Positions 40,816 through 52,818 of a stretch of 64,000 nt of DNA are shown one piece after another. Each line of letters starts with the position of its first letter. Within the stretch, counting starts at the first letter, position 1. The stretch lies in the NCBI RefSeq assembly GCF_018350175.1, contig NC_058368.1, forward strand, positions 84,074,001 through 84,138,000. The letters run 5' to 3'. The stretch is from Felis catus. Lineage: Eukaryota. The position numbers and the translations under genes are program-made. A model generated the notes under the pieces. That model ran no database searches. It was not told the DNA's origin and saw only the letters and a program-made list of their open reading frames with translations.

Positions 40816-41667
40816 TGGCATCCAGAATAATAATAGAAGTGATCAAAAGGCTTATAATGTATATTTTAAAATATCATGGTGACAAAAATATTTCAATGTG
40901 TATAAAAAATATGAGAATCACTGTATTTTATATAGGAATGTTCAGTTATTCACCTATGAAGAAATCCAGTAGTAATTAATGTAAGAGTGTAAACATAGGT
41001 TCAGAAACCTGGCAATGCAAAAATGGGATAAGGACAATTGGAATAAGTACAAGTAATAAAGCAAATAATCAGGGACATATATAGGCTACCATAAGCTAAA
41101 TAAGCCAAATTATGCAATGGAAGAATTAAAAACAAAAACAAAAAACTTGAAATTCAAAAGTGCAGAAGTCACCATTGTTTCTCTCAACATCAAAAATGAT
41201 TCAGGCATTGTGTTTAATTTAGGCAACCAAAACATACAGATATTATAAAGAAATTAAGGTTTATTGAGGTGAGTAGGAATGTGTTGAAGGGCAATGGAAA
41301 ACAGGCTTGCAAAGACAAGGTTTAAAATGTATTGGTGTTCAATGTCAGAAGACAGAAGCTGACTTTGTTACTCCCTCCTAAGCCGATCTGTCCTATTAAG
41401 AACAAACCAGGGAATATAAAAGTAATAGAGAAAGCAAGACTATGGCTGGATAATATTCCACTGTATATATAAACTGTTTTTTTAATCCTTTTATGATAGG
41501 AAAAGATAGTATTCAAGAGGAAGAAAGGGAAAGGATAAGACCTGAGGGAAAGGGAAAGGATGAGGTCCCTGCGTGGGGAAAAACACATATTTGTAATAAT
41601 TTTGGGAGGTCCCACACAGAAAAATCTCTCAGGCTTAAGATTCCTCTTAAAAATGTAACAGACATCT

Positions 41668-41892
41668 GGGGTACCTGGGTGGTTCAATCTCTTAAGTGTC
41701 CGACTTCGGCTCAGGTCATGATCTCGCAGTTCGTGGGTTGGAGCCCCGCATCGGGCTCTGTGCTGAGTGCTTTCTCAGAGCCTGGAGCCTGCTTCAGATT
41801 TGGTGTCTCCTCTCTCTGCCATTCATGCTCTGTCTCATTGTCTCTCAAAAATAAATAAATGTAAATTTAAAAAAATAAAAATTAAAAAAAAA
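41668..41892 (+). mobile_element. Can-SINE
   Basis: TSD aatgtaacagacatc on both sides. Confidence 0.93.
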
Positions 41893-41976
41893 AGAATGTA
41901 ACAGACATCACCTACTCCTCCTCAGGTTCCTCTCAGGAATTTGACAGTCAAAATACCATTAAAAAAGTAAACCATA

Positions 41977-42154
41977 CAAAACAGAAGAGACTCATAAATA
42001 TGGAGAACAAACTGAGGGTTGCTGGAGGGGTTGTGGGAGGGGGGATGGGCTAAATGGGTAAGGGTCATTAAGGAATCTACTCCTGAAATCATTGTTTCAC
42101 TATATGCTAACTAATTTGTACATAAATTTTAAAAAATTAAAATTAAAATTAAAA
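41977..42154 (+). mobile_element. Very short 5'-truncated felid L1 3' end
   Basis: Matches L1 3'UTR at ~28550-28730; TSD aaaaaagtaaaccata at 41961-41976 and 42155-42170. Confidence 0.88.
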
Positions 42155-42531
42155 AAAAAAGTAAACCATAAAACTTGTGCTATGTGAGGGACAGTATGAC
42201 CAGTCTGACTCCTCACACAATGGAGTCGAGCCAATCAGGAATGGACAGCCCAGCACCTAGGGCTATCCAGCCAGTAAGGGTAGAACCTGAGAAAGAACAA
42301 GGGGTAAGGAGGTCTGACCATAACCTTATAAAGCAAGGACCTTTTACTATAGTCTTCAGGCCTTCACTTTTGAATGTCCCCTCTCTGTAAAGAGAGCTTT
42401 CCTACTATTCTTCCTTTCTGATCTTATACTCTAATAAACTTCTGCCTGCTGCTCATTCTGTGTCCACCTCTTCATTGTCAAAGTGGTGAGACTATGAACC
42501 CCAGGGGCTAGAGGTAAAAAATCCTGCAACA

Positions 42532-42885
42532 CTTTCATTCAATGGACACTCAGGTTGTTTTCATATGTTTGCTATTGTGAAAAACACTGCAATGAACACA
42601 GAGTGCAAGCATCTGTTCAAGATCCTAACTTCAATTCCTTTGCATAAATGCCTAAAAATGGTATTGCTGGGTCATAGGAGCTGGGAGTATGAATGGAGAG
42701 ATGGGGCACAAGATTTTGGTTATTCATGATTAATAAATTCTGGAGTTCTAATGTGTAACATGGTCACTATAGATAACAATACTGTTACCTGGCTAATTAG
42801 CTTGATTGTGGTGATTATTTCACAATGTACACATACATCAAATAATCAAGTTGTGCACCTTAAATAATATAATAAATTTTGAAAA
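42532..42885. mobile_element. Short L1MA-type fragment with inverted 5' part (42532-42676 minus, 42677-42885 plus)
   Basis: Reverse ORF2-end motifs (attgctgggtcata) abut the sense 3'UTR (aattctggagttctaatgtg). Confidence 0.65.
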
Positions 42886-45067
42886 GACTGTGGCTGGACA
42901 TAACAGCCAAAGGAGACTCTGGAATGCACCAAAACAGCCCCCTCTTAAGGTAGCTTGGGTTTCCACGTGCAGAGAACTGAATCATATGATTTTGTGGTAT
43001 ATTGTCTCATGATTCCTCCCAGACTAGAACAGCTCAAAGATACAGTCCACAACTCCCACAATATAAGCCCACTCTTGGAGATACTAGTAAGCGTTGTTGG
43101 ATAAAAAAAAAAAAAAAAAAGTAGGATCACATATGAAAAACAGAGATACCATGTGAAAAGCAACAAACAGACTTCCCTGATTTAGTTGTAGACTAATCTT
43201 AAACATAAGTCATGTACATGTAGGTTATTCAGTGGGATTATTCAGTGGATAGAGAGCAGCATGCATGAAGCCTGTTAATCACTGTTTTCTCACTTATAGT
43301 TTCTTTGATCTCGGGTTACATCATGATAATGGAGACTGAGGATAGCTGAGGCTGAAGATAGAAGAACCACAATAAAGTAGAAAGAAATATGAGGGAATAG
43401 AGAAAACGTACCAATGAAAAGCTGACTTCATGATCTTAGCTATGGTGATGCCCACAGCACTTTAAATATGAAGGGAAGTTTGACAATGAGGCAGACAAAA
43501 AGATCATGAACTTTTGGAAAATAAACTCATATTATTTCATTTCCCACTCAAAATTCATGGTGACATCAGTGTGCATAGATACAACAGTTGCTGGTTGTAC
43601 TTTTTCTGTGTCCTAGACAATAAATGAGAAACTATCTCTGAATAGTATAAAATATATTACAAAATACAGTCCACATCCAATATCTCATTACCTGATTACT
43701 TCATTTTTTCTTTAGTCAACTGTACATCAGAGAGTCAACTGTTTACTGCTGCCAGTTGAATATGCACAGATTACAAAGACTATTGTGCTCTCACAATTTA
43801 TAATTTTCATTAATACAACAAAGTAAAGTCAATATTATTATTCCATATTATTATCTCTACTGTTAGAACAATACAGCAGTAGTCAGAAAATCACAGAAAA
43901 TAGCCTGGCAAGGCCTATGCTTAATGAAGAAAAAAGATTCTTTATCTATGGTCCTTAGCTTACACACTCTCCAGGACTATTTGAGCACTTGGAACCTTGG
44001 TACAGGTAAGACCTCAATATATAAATGATAAAAAAAGAAACACAATAGTTGCTATTAGATCTCTTAGGATCAAAAGTAGAATGTTCCATAAGTAACTTCC
44101 ATCTTTAAGAGTCAGAAGACCAATAATGCATCAGGACATGATCAGTGGTAAATAAGTATGTTTTGAATGAGTAAAAGCAAGAATTAATAAATAAAAATTC
44201 CTCAGCAACCATATAGGTTTAGGTCTGGTTAAAAAATAAAGTTTTCAGATTTGGGAGCCTTTACTGAATATAAACTCAGTGCTCCTGAGCAAGATGCTTT
44301 TCTTTCGAAGTCTCAATTTCTATATCTGCAAAATGGAATAATAATATTCACCCTACTTTGTTGTTGTATTAATTGAAATTATAAATTCTGAGAGCACAAG
44401 TCTCTATAATCTGTGCATATTCAATTGATGTACAATCTGATGTACAATTGCCTAAAGAAAAAACTGAAGTAATCAGGGAATGAGATATTGTATGTGGACC
44501 ATATTTTGTAATATTTTTTATACTATTCAGAGATAGGTTCTCATTTATTGTTTAGAACACAGATATCTGATGATTTTTTTGAGAAATAAACCAATTTCAT
44601 TGTTTTCACTCAACTAAATCCAAAATATCAATTCATTAGGCTTGTGTAGACACAAACACCAAACAGTCATGTTGTGGGGGTCTGTGCATATTAACATGAC
44701 CTAAATTCCCACATATATATGTAGGGCTAGCAGAGTGCACATAGTACATGCTGGCCACATGGTAGACCATGGAGGTCACAGGCTTCACTATGACACAGAC
44801 TTGGGATCACACCCCAAGATGATCTTCAACACTAAGCTGGTTAACCTTCTGAACTTCTATTTTTTATGTGTAAAATAATGATTTAGTATCTCTTTTATTA
44901 TATAAGGATAAAATGAGATAATGTGTTAAGTGTTTAATGCAAAATGAGAGATAAAAAAATATTAGTTTGATTCCCACTCTGATTACTCTTAGAATTGAGG
45001 AATAAAAACCTATTGCCATGGGACACAAAATAACTATAACTAAAATCAACTTCAGTAGATATTTTGA

Positions 45068-45170
45068 AGGAAGGGAAGACAGTAGGGAAGGAGGGAGAAA
45101 GAAGGGAAGGAAGCAAGGAAGGAAGGGAGGAAGGAAGAGAGGAATGAAGGAAGGAAGGGAGGAAGAAAGG
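45068..45170. repeat. Polypurine (GGAA/GAAG)n tract
   Basis: ~100 nt of almost pure A/G. Confidence 0.9.
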
Positions 45171-46054
45171 ATGCTTCTCCACATCTCTAACTGCTGACTG
45201 GGGAGCAGTTTCCCCTAGACACAGAGGTGACGTTATGTTGATCTAACCAATGATATCTAAGGCCTCTCACAAATACCCTTTGTATATAAGGCTTTGAAAT
45301 AATAGTGTGGGGGCCCTGGAGCTCCTGAAGACATAGCATTATGGCTGAGGAAGTATTCATGTGTTTTTCCATAGAAGCCATCACTTGTCCAGAAACCAAG
45401 AACTTTACCTCAGACCTTGATACTTGTGCTTATTTGGAATTCTTTTCAGTCTATATCATATCTCCTTTTTGAAGCCATTTAATTGCCTACACAATTTCCT
45501 AAGAAATATTTAGGAGCCTGCAAGGAGAGAATCACTGGCTCTCTGTTTTGGGAAACATCCTGTCCCACTTCAGGACCTCAAGTGTCCACACAGGTAAGGA
45601 GCTTGTTCCCCTATTTGTAAAGAATATCAAAGAACGAAGAGCCACAATCTTCATCAATCAGCTATTTTAGAAGAAAACAAATCTTCTCTGCTAGGACATC
45701 CTTCCTGTAACCCATCTCACTTTATATTCATTAATCATAGGGACTTTGTTAAAGTGCTAGTGGGGGAGAACTAAGAAGTGTGGTTAATTGCCCTTCACCT
45801 TCTTTTCTCTTGATCGTATATAAGAAGTTTCTTTAGATGTTTCCCTCTAGATTTTATTTGAGCAGAGTGTATAAATTACTTGGATTATAGTTAAAGTAGG
45901 TCTACTAACTGGCATTTCTACAATTAATTAGTTGAGTTACGCTGGCATTTGGTGGCCAGTTGCACAGCACTGTTGAAAAGGTGGGATTTCAGAGAACTAT
46001 AAGAATGTTGTCAAAACAAAATGACATGGCACAACAAGTAGTGGCTTCTGGTCA

Positions 46055-46200
46055 GACTGAATTTGAACCCTTCAGTCTTGTATTTGTTATCTCTGAATCT
46101 TGGCTTTTTACTCTGTAAAATGAAGATAATAATACCTAGAACACATGCATTTAGCACACTGAACACAATCCTGGCACATAGTAAAATAGTGGGTAGAAAT
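46055..46200 (+). mobile_element. MIR fragment
   Basis: ctctgtaaaatgaagataataatacct...cctggcacatagtaa. Confidence 0.7.
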
Positions 46201-46902
46201 ATTAAAGACATTTGTATATCTAGATGAAATCCCAATGCTGTGTTAAGCGGTGGAACAAAGAGATTTTTACCTCTCCCCAACCACTCCTCCCTGGCCTGTT
46301 TTAACAGCTGACAAAACTGCTCGCAGGTCAGTCACTCTCATTGTCTCCCTTGCACTGAGTCCATATTTTAGCCATGAACATCAAACAAGTCTGCAGAACT
46401 TTGGAAGTTTCATCAATAAAATAGTCCAATAGCAAGAGACCACAGAGTGGCAGTTTTTCCTTCATAGAGTCTGAGCCACATCCAGGAGCCACCACCACCC
46501 CTGTGTTATAAAAGAAAAACACCCGCCAGCGCTTCTGTGTATATCTCGCAAATCTAAATACTCATCAGAAGAATTGACTGTGCCAAGTTTGTCCATTGTT
46601 TAGGAAACACCTGACCATGTCTGTTTGGCTCCTATAAAACCCAGCTTAAGATTGTTTTAATGCTCTAAATAAACGTGAATTTTCACTACATCAAAAGCTC
46701 CTCCTTTAATCAATTGTATGAGCTTTGGCTTTTCCCTTCACTTCTATCATGAGTCTTGTTCATTCACTTAATCATTCAACAACCTCATGCAGCTGCCACA
46801 ATATGCACTATTCATCTTACTGCTCCATGGGGTACAGAATAAAAATACCCTCAGGTAACATAAATTTAGGCCATAATTGCCTAGGAAGCCAACACAGTTA
46901 GG

Positions 46903-47118
46903 AGCAAACTTTTCCAATCTTGGCACTATGGACGTTTTGGGCTGGTTAATTTTCTGTTTGGGGGCTATCCTGTACACTATAGGATGTCTAGAAGTATTCC
47001 TGGCTTCTTCCCACTATATGCCATCCCTACTTCTGAGTTGTGACAACCAAAAATGTCTTCAGCCACTGACAAATATCCCATGGGTGAGGGGGAAATCACT
47101 CTGGTCGAGAACCTCTGT
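46903..47118 (+). mobile_element. MER20-like hAT-Charlie MITE
   Basis: cttggcactatggacgttttgggc...gttgtgacaaccaaaaatgtct...gagaacc. Confidence 0.75.
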
Positions 47119-47122
47119 GCTA

Positions 47123-47500
47123 CAGAATAGTGGTTCTCAAACTTGAGCAAACATTGGACCAATTGGAGGTCTTGTTAAAATAGAGTTCTGAGCCACCACC
47201 CAGAGTTTCTGATTTGATAGGTCTGTGTGAGGCCTGAGAATTTGCATTTTGAAGAGGTGGCTGATCCATTTTTCTCTAAGGAGACCTAGGGGTTAGCCAT
47301 TGGCATATTTGTTATTTCTCTGCCTGTGAAATCCTTATTCAATGGTTTCCAGATTTGTCTGATTAGAATCACCTGGAAACCTTTAAACCTTCCAAAGACC
47401 TAGCCATAACCCAGACCAATTAAATCACTAATTCAGAAGATGGGGCACATACATCAACATTTTTGAAGCTCCTTAGATAATTCCGATGTGCAGATTTGGG
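47123..47500. mobile_element. MER5-like hAT-Charlie fragments
   Basis: agtggttctcaaacttgagc, cagagtttctgatt, gaatttgcattt; attagaatcacctgg. Confidence 0.65.
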
Positions 47501-48082
47501 GACCAAATATAAATGCCATTACCTCATCTGTGATTTGAAGTTTTGGGGCTAAGTAGCTTATGGCTGCAGCTCACCCTAATTATTGTAACTGTGGCTAAGT
47601 CACTCTGTAGAAAACAGGACTCTAGGGGGAAATGAGAAGCTATTAGGGGTGCCTTGTTGAATGGAGATGGATTATGGCCTCAGATTTCACAGCTTTCTAT
47701 ATGGACTCCCCAAGGGTCTGTTTCAGTTTCTGAGCCACAAGCTCGAGCCCAGGAAGGACATGAAGGAGGAGAAAAGTCAATAAGAGACTGAGCCTTCTAA
47801 TGGAGACTGCACATTGGGACAATGTGAGGTGAGTGAGAGAAAGATGAGAGGTCGAGAGATAGGGAAGTAATTTAAAAACTTCACCCCCATTTATGCAGCC
47901 CCACAATTGACAATGGGCAATTCCACAACTTGTCTTCTGTCAAATATTCCAGCATTTAAAATCTCTGACAATCTGAAAGTTGTTTGATTTTTGTTTTTGT
48001 TTTTCAACACTATCTTTCTCCATAAATGAGATGTCTTAAATTGTAAAAATCATTGTGTGCTCTACTTTAAAAGAAAAAAAAG

Positions 48083-48238
48083 TGGAGGACTGTGTGGTTC
48101 AGTTGGTGAAGCATCTGACTTCAGCTCAGGTCATGATCTCACAGTTTGTAAGTTCGAGCCCCATGTTGGGCTCTGTGCTAACCACTCAGAGCCTGGAGCC
48201 TGTGTCACCCTCTCCCTCTCTACCTCTCCCCAGCTTGT

Positions 48239-48281
<43 letters not shown>

Positions 48282-48310
48282 AATAAATAAATAAACTTTT
48301 TTTTTAAAAA
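48083..48310 (+). mobile_element. Can-SINE
   Basis: SINE body, (CT)n, aaaataaataaataaa tail. Confidence 0.88.
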
Positions 48311-49089
48311 AGCAGTTAAACTGTAGGGGAGTAGAAAAAAAAACATACCAGTAAGAAAAGTCATAGGGAGAGAGAATGAAGACTAGGTCTAGATATACTC
48401 AACAACACAAAATGTGTTGTTTACATTGAAGATGTCTTTTTTGTTCATTCTAGTGGTTTTCCTATGCCTACTGGGTACTAGTTCACATCTAAGTAAGCTA
48501 GAGGTGGCAGGAATAGAAAAACATATCCTCTTCCTCCTGGGAACAGTCTAAAAGAAAAGGAACCATCCTAAAAATTTATTCTGAGACACACATGTGCACA
48601 CACATGCACTTTATACACTGCAATGCAGATGGGTATGTGTGTTAATATTGAAAAAACTGCCATGAAAAGAAAAATCAATAATGTCAGAACAAAGAATAAT
48701 TTCTAAGAATAATTGCTTATGCACAGCTCCACAAAGGGGGTGTTAAATTCAACTGGCCATACCAAAAGCAGCCATAGAGGTAATAGTGTGTATGTGGGCA
48801 ATCACACATCCGGGGCCATATGAACTGCCTTCTGTGGAGAAATATACTTTGTGGCCAGAGTCCTTAGTCACAAGTAATACCCAGTGTAGATGGAGAGATC
48901 CAGTGTGCATTGGAGGAGCTCTTCCCATCACAACAAACACAACCCCTTCCAAGGTTTATGAGAACAAAATCTGTGGAAGGGAAATTTCCAAGCGAGAGGC
49001 ATTAGGAGTTCTTTGCAGGTGGGTACAATTATTGATTATATGATTATTTTGCAGAATTAATTTGCTTAAGTGAGGAAGAGAACTGTTAT

Positions 49090-49445
49090 AACATTTACTG
49101 AATACCTATCATGCAAAAGGCATAACCTCAACATTTTTCTTATTCAATACTAATAACAACCCTGAGGAGTGAGTATCATGACTCCATTTTATATAGAGAG
49201 ATAAGCAGCAGTTCAGGGCTATAAAAGTGGTAAGAGTTGTGTTGTTAATAGCAGGTGACAAACAGCATATTCTTCCTGTCTGACTGTGCTGCAAGCACTC
49301 TACCTGTATTAACCACTATTACTCCCAACAGATCCAACAATTTTGAGACAAGGAACCTGAAGCTGAGTAGCCTAAGTTGCAGAGCTGGTGGAGCTGGGTC
49401 TTGAACCCAAGCAACCTGACTCCAGAGACTAGGTCCTTACTCACA
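49090..49445 (-). mobile_element. MIR fragments
   Basis: acatttactgaatacctatcatg, ataacaaccctgagga, cttgaacccaagcaacctgactccagag. Confidence 0.6.
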
Positions 49446-49603
49446 ATGGCTTAAACTTGGTGAAATCTGCAAAGAACATTCAGCTGACTCTGGGTCAAAT
49501 TATTACAGATTCTGAACATGTGAGTTCCTATTGTGAGTTCCTTTTGCTTTTGTGGAGAAGAAAGGAGGAAAAGAAAGGTAACTGATAATAGAGCTCTAGG
49601 GAA

Positions 49604-49820
49604 CAGGTCTTCAATCAGGGGTAATTTTGCCCAGCAGGGAATATTTGGCAGTCTGCAGACATTTTGTTTGTTTGTTTGTCACAACTGTAGGGAAAGCTAT
49701 TGGCATCTAATGGGAGAGTTCAGAGATGCTGCTAAATGTACTGCAGTTTACAGGGTAGCCTTTCATAGCAAAAAATTATCCACAGTAAAATGTCCATTAT
49801 GCCAGGCTTGAGAAAGCCTT
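49604..49820 (-). mobile_element. MER20-like MITE
   Basis: ggggtaattttgccc...gtcacaact...ttggcatcta...gatgctgctaaa...ttgagaaa. Confidence 0.72.
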
Positions 49821-50079
49821 CTCTAGAACAGTTAGGAGGATTTTGGATCTTGCCTGGAAGTTCAAAAATTTGTTGATCGAGGCTCATGCTGCTTATGGAT
49901 AAAATTGGGATGATGGCTTAGGTTTCCTCCACCTATAAAATCTCATGGTTATGAGACTTTTGAGATACCAAACAACACAAAGTTTGCCTACAAGGTGACA
50001 AAACAGGGAAAACATGAGAAAATTCTCTTCAGAGGAATGTTTTCAAATGCACCTGGAATCTTGCTTTATGTCAGGTTGT

Positions 50080-50570
50080 GGTTATTATTACCATTAAGAA
50101 GGTAATCCACAGTTTGCAAAAGGAGGGGGCATGCCACATCATACAGGGCCACAGGGGGAAGGAAGCATCAGGGTTGGTAAGGAGGCAGAATTAGTGAGGG
50201 GAAAACATAGGTAAAAGTTTTACTGTATTTTTTGTGGGAAGGACTGGGTCAGGCACAGCTGAGCACGTTTAGGATTGAGTAGTTTGAATAATTTTAGTTG
50301 GCTTTGAGCTATGAGGTTGTCACTAGTTGTCTGGAATCTGTCCCTGGGGTGATTACAGCAGAGGGATAGTGTCCCACACTGATAAAGAGAGGCAGATGGG
50401 GGGGGGGGTATGTACTCAGGATTTGTTGGTTTTAACACCAAAGACATTAATTCTTGTAAGTTGTTCACTATGTCTATGAATTAGCAAATCTGAGAGGGGC
50501 AGTCCCTTGCAGGGTCTGCAAGGCCTCAAGATGTCAGAGCATCATAAATATAGAAAACATATGCAGTATA
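50080..50570. mobile_element. Ancient LTR relic (MER/ERVL-type; subfamily uncertain)
   Basis: tttaggattg...gtttgaataattt...ctagttgtctgg...ccctggggtgatt motif recalled from eutherian LTRs. Confidence 0.5.
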
Positions 50571-51279
50571 TTATATCTTCACTAAAAGCTCATGTTGAAT
50601 GTTTAGGTTTAACACTGTTAACTTCTTGTGCTCAGCTCTGGAGACAAGCTTTGGGATGGGCCCTGCTATAGTCTGAACACATTTGATTCATTTCTAAGGA
50701 ATCTGTATGTGTGGCATGAGCATCCTGGAAACAGTGATGTTTAAGGCCCTATGCATAGCAAGAAATTCCAGGATGAGCACTGTGGAAAACCTTTTCCTGG
50801 CAAAGCTTACTGAGATCTAGCTGTGTGAGACCTAGGAAAAAACCTGGATTCTAAGCTCCTATATACTTTCAACCAAAAGTTATACTTTCATCCCAAAAGT
50901 TCCGGGCACTGGATCTCAGCTCAGATCACATATCAGACTAGCCTGGGAGCCTTAAGAAGCAGAGGTGCTCAGGGATCACTGCCAAGAATTAGATTCAGGG
51001 AAACCGTAAACAGATGACCGAAAGATTGCAAATCTCTGCTGGTGATTTTAAAGGATATGCAGATTAGGGCCACAGTCTATCACATCTCTGACATGTTGTA
51101 CCTCCAAAACACTTTGCTGCCCCTCCAGTCCTTTCCCAGTGACCCAATGGTATCAGCCAGTCCCAACATTCTCTCATATTCTCAACTCATTATAGAATTC
51201 TGGGAAGTTCATTTTATTTATCTTTCATTTAAGCCATTTGTTATCATACACAAGCCCAAAAATATAAGCTAGAATTCAA

Positions 51280-51740
51280 AACATTCCCTAGGATTTTGGG
51301 TAGTGGAACCAAGAAAGGCAACAGGCCATGAAGTCTCAGGGATTTTGAGTGGTGGGAAGTTCTCTGCCAGCTGTCTTACCATGGAATGTGTGGTCTGAGT
51401 TTGTCCCTCATCCACATCTTCTAAAACTGCCTTTGACTTCTTTCTCATCATAGCTTAATTTGACATTCACAGAGATTGACTTTACTTGAAGAAAAGTAAT
51501 TTGATAAGGGAGAATTTTAAGGGCCTCTGATACTTCCAAAAGCAACTATTGAAACTGGTTTACCTACTCCTATTATGAAGTTCACAGATTTATAATGAGT
51601 CCCATTCTCTATCAAACAAGTTTATAAACTTCTTCACATGAGGTAACAGTACGGGGGATGAGGACAACGGACTTCCAGAAATCTACTTAAGAGCAATTCC
51701 TACATCTGAGCACAAAGGGCATGTTTAGGACTCCTGGGAG
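51280..51740 (+). promoter_or_regulatory. Candidate OR promoter: O/E (EBF)-like and homeodomain sites
   Basis: TTCCCTAGGA 51284, TCTCAGGGA 51334-51342, TAATGA 51593-51598, CTCCTGGGAG 51731-51740 around the candidate first exon. Confidence 0.35.
51638..51642 (+). CDS. Candidate coding portion (ATG AG) of an upstream exon of the OR gene
   Basis: cacATGAG|GTAACA donor at 51643. The phase-2 junction with acceptor 52818 gives ATG AGC GAG GCT TGG in frame (5+967=972 nt, 323 aa + stop). Inference only, no transcript data. Confidence 0.55.
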
Positions 51741-52033
51741 TCAAGGCAACAAGGGAAAGATGGCATGGCACAGCTTTGCTAGCTGATAAAATGCACCTGT
51801 CAGCCATAGCAAAAGATCTCACCTATTTCTAAGAAAAATTCGTCACATGGATCCTCATGTAAATAAGAATTTTGAAATATATAATTCATATATTTGTAGA
51901 TCTAGTTCTTAGTTTACACATGAAAGTAAATGTTTTATTTAAATTTTTTTTTCTTGTGTGCATATTTACTCATTTGTGTATTATTAGAAATATTGCTAAG
52001 TATGTATATTTCACAAAACATGGGCGTTCTAAT

Positions 52034-52085
52034 TTTTTTTCATGTTTATTTATTTTTTATAGAGAGCAGGGGATGGGGCAAACAG

Positions 52086-52121
<36 letters not shown>

Positions 52122-52247
52122 CCCAAGCAGGCTCCACACTGTCAGTACAGAGCCCAATACCAAGCTTTAAGCCACAAACCATGAGATCATGACCTGAGCC
52201 AAGTTCAAGAGTTAGATGTTTAACTGACTGAGCCACCCAGATGCCCC
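52034..52247 (-). mobile_element. Can-SINE in the predicted OR intron
   Basis: TSD aaaacatgg(a)g(c/t)gttctaat on both sides; (GA)n. Confidence 0.93.
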
Positions 52248-52374
52248 AAAACATGGAGTGTTCTAATGTACTGTGGTTCTTTTTCTGGCTTTTTACAATG
52301 GAAACTTTGATCATCAGTTTTTAGTCTTTCCTCTCTTTTAACACATACATTTTACATTACAAGTTCTCCTCTCC

Positions 52375-52578
52375 TGAGCCTGGGTGACTCAGTCAGTTAA
52401 ACATCTGACTTTTGCTCATATCATGACACACAGTTCCATGGGTTCAAGCCCTGCTCAGGCTCTCTGCTGACAGCTCAGAACCTGGAGCCTACTTTGGATT
52501 CTGTGTCTCCCTCTCTCTTTGCCCCTCCCCTGCTTGCATTCTGTCTCTCTCAAAAATAAATAAACACTAAAAAAAATG
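52375..52578 (+). mobile_element. Can-SINE in the predicted OR intron
   Basis: gcctgggtgactcagtcagttaa head, CT tract, A tail. Confidence 0.9.
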
Positions 52579-52818
52579 GGAAAAAAGTCTCATCTAAGCA
52601 CTGCTTTGGCTGCATGACATGTTTTTTTATAGTACTTTTTCATCATGAAATAATGCCAAACCTACAAAAACTTTAAAAAATATTAGGAAGAACTCCCACA
52701 GCCCCTCTGTCAGCTCACTTAATTGTCGCCGTCTGCTGTTTTCATCCATCACTCCACTCTCCGACTCAGAGTGGATACTTTATAGCCCATGATGAGTTGG
52801 TTTACTTCTTCCCCACAG

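Larger units (their letters stand above)
41282..42531 (+). mobile_element. Solo ERV LTR with nested SINE and short L1 tail
   Basis: TGTTG...CAACA termini; CCAAT (~42231), TATAAA (~42327), AATAAA (~42433) in LTR order; 5' boundary tentative, no TSD seen. Confidence 0.65.

Noticed and set aside
52789..52794. ATGATG upstream of the OR as its start codon
   Set aside because: Out of frame with the OR and upstream of the polypyrimidine tract/acceptor; would need a frameshift.
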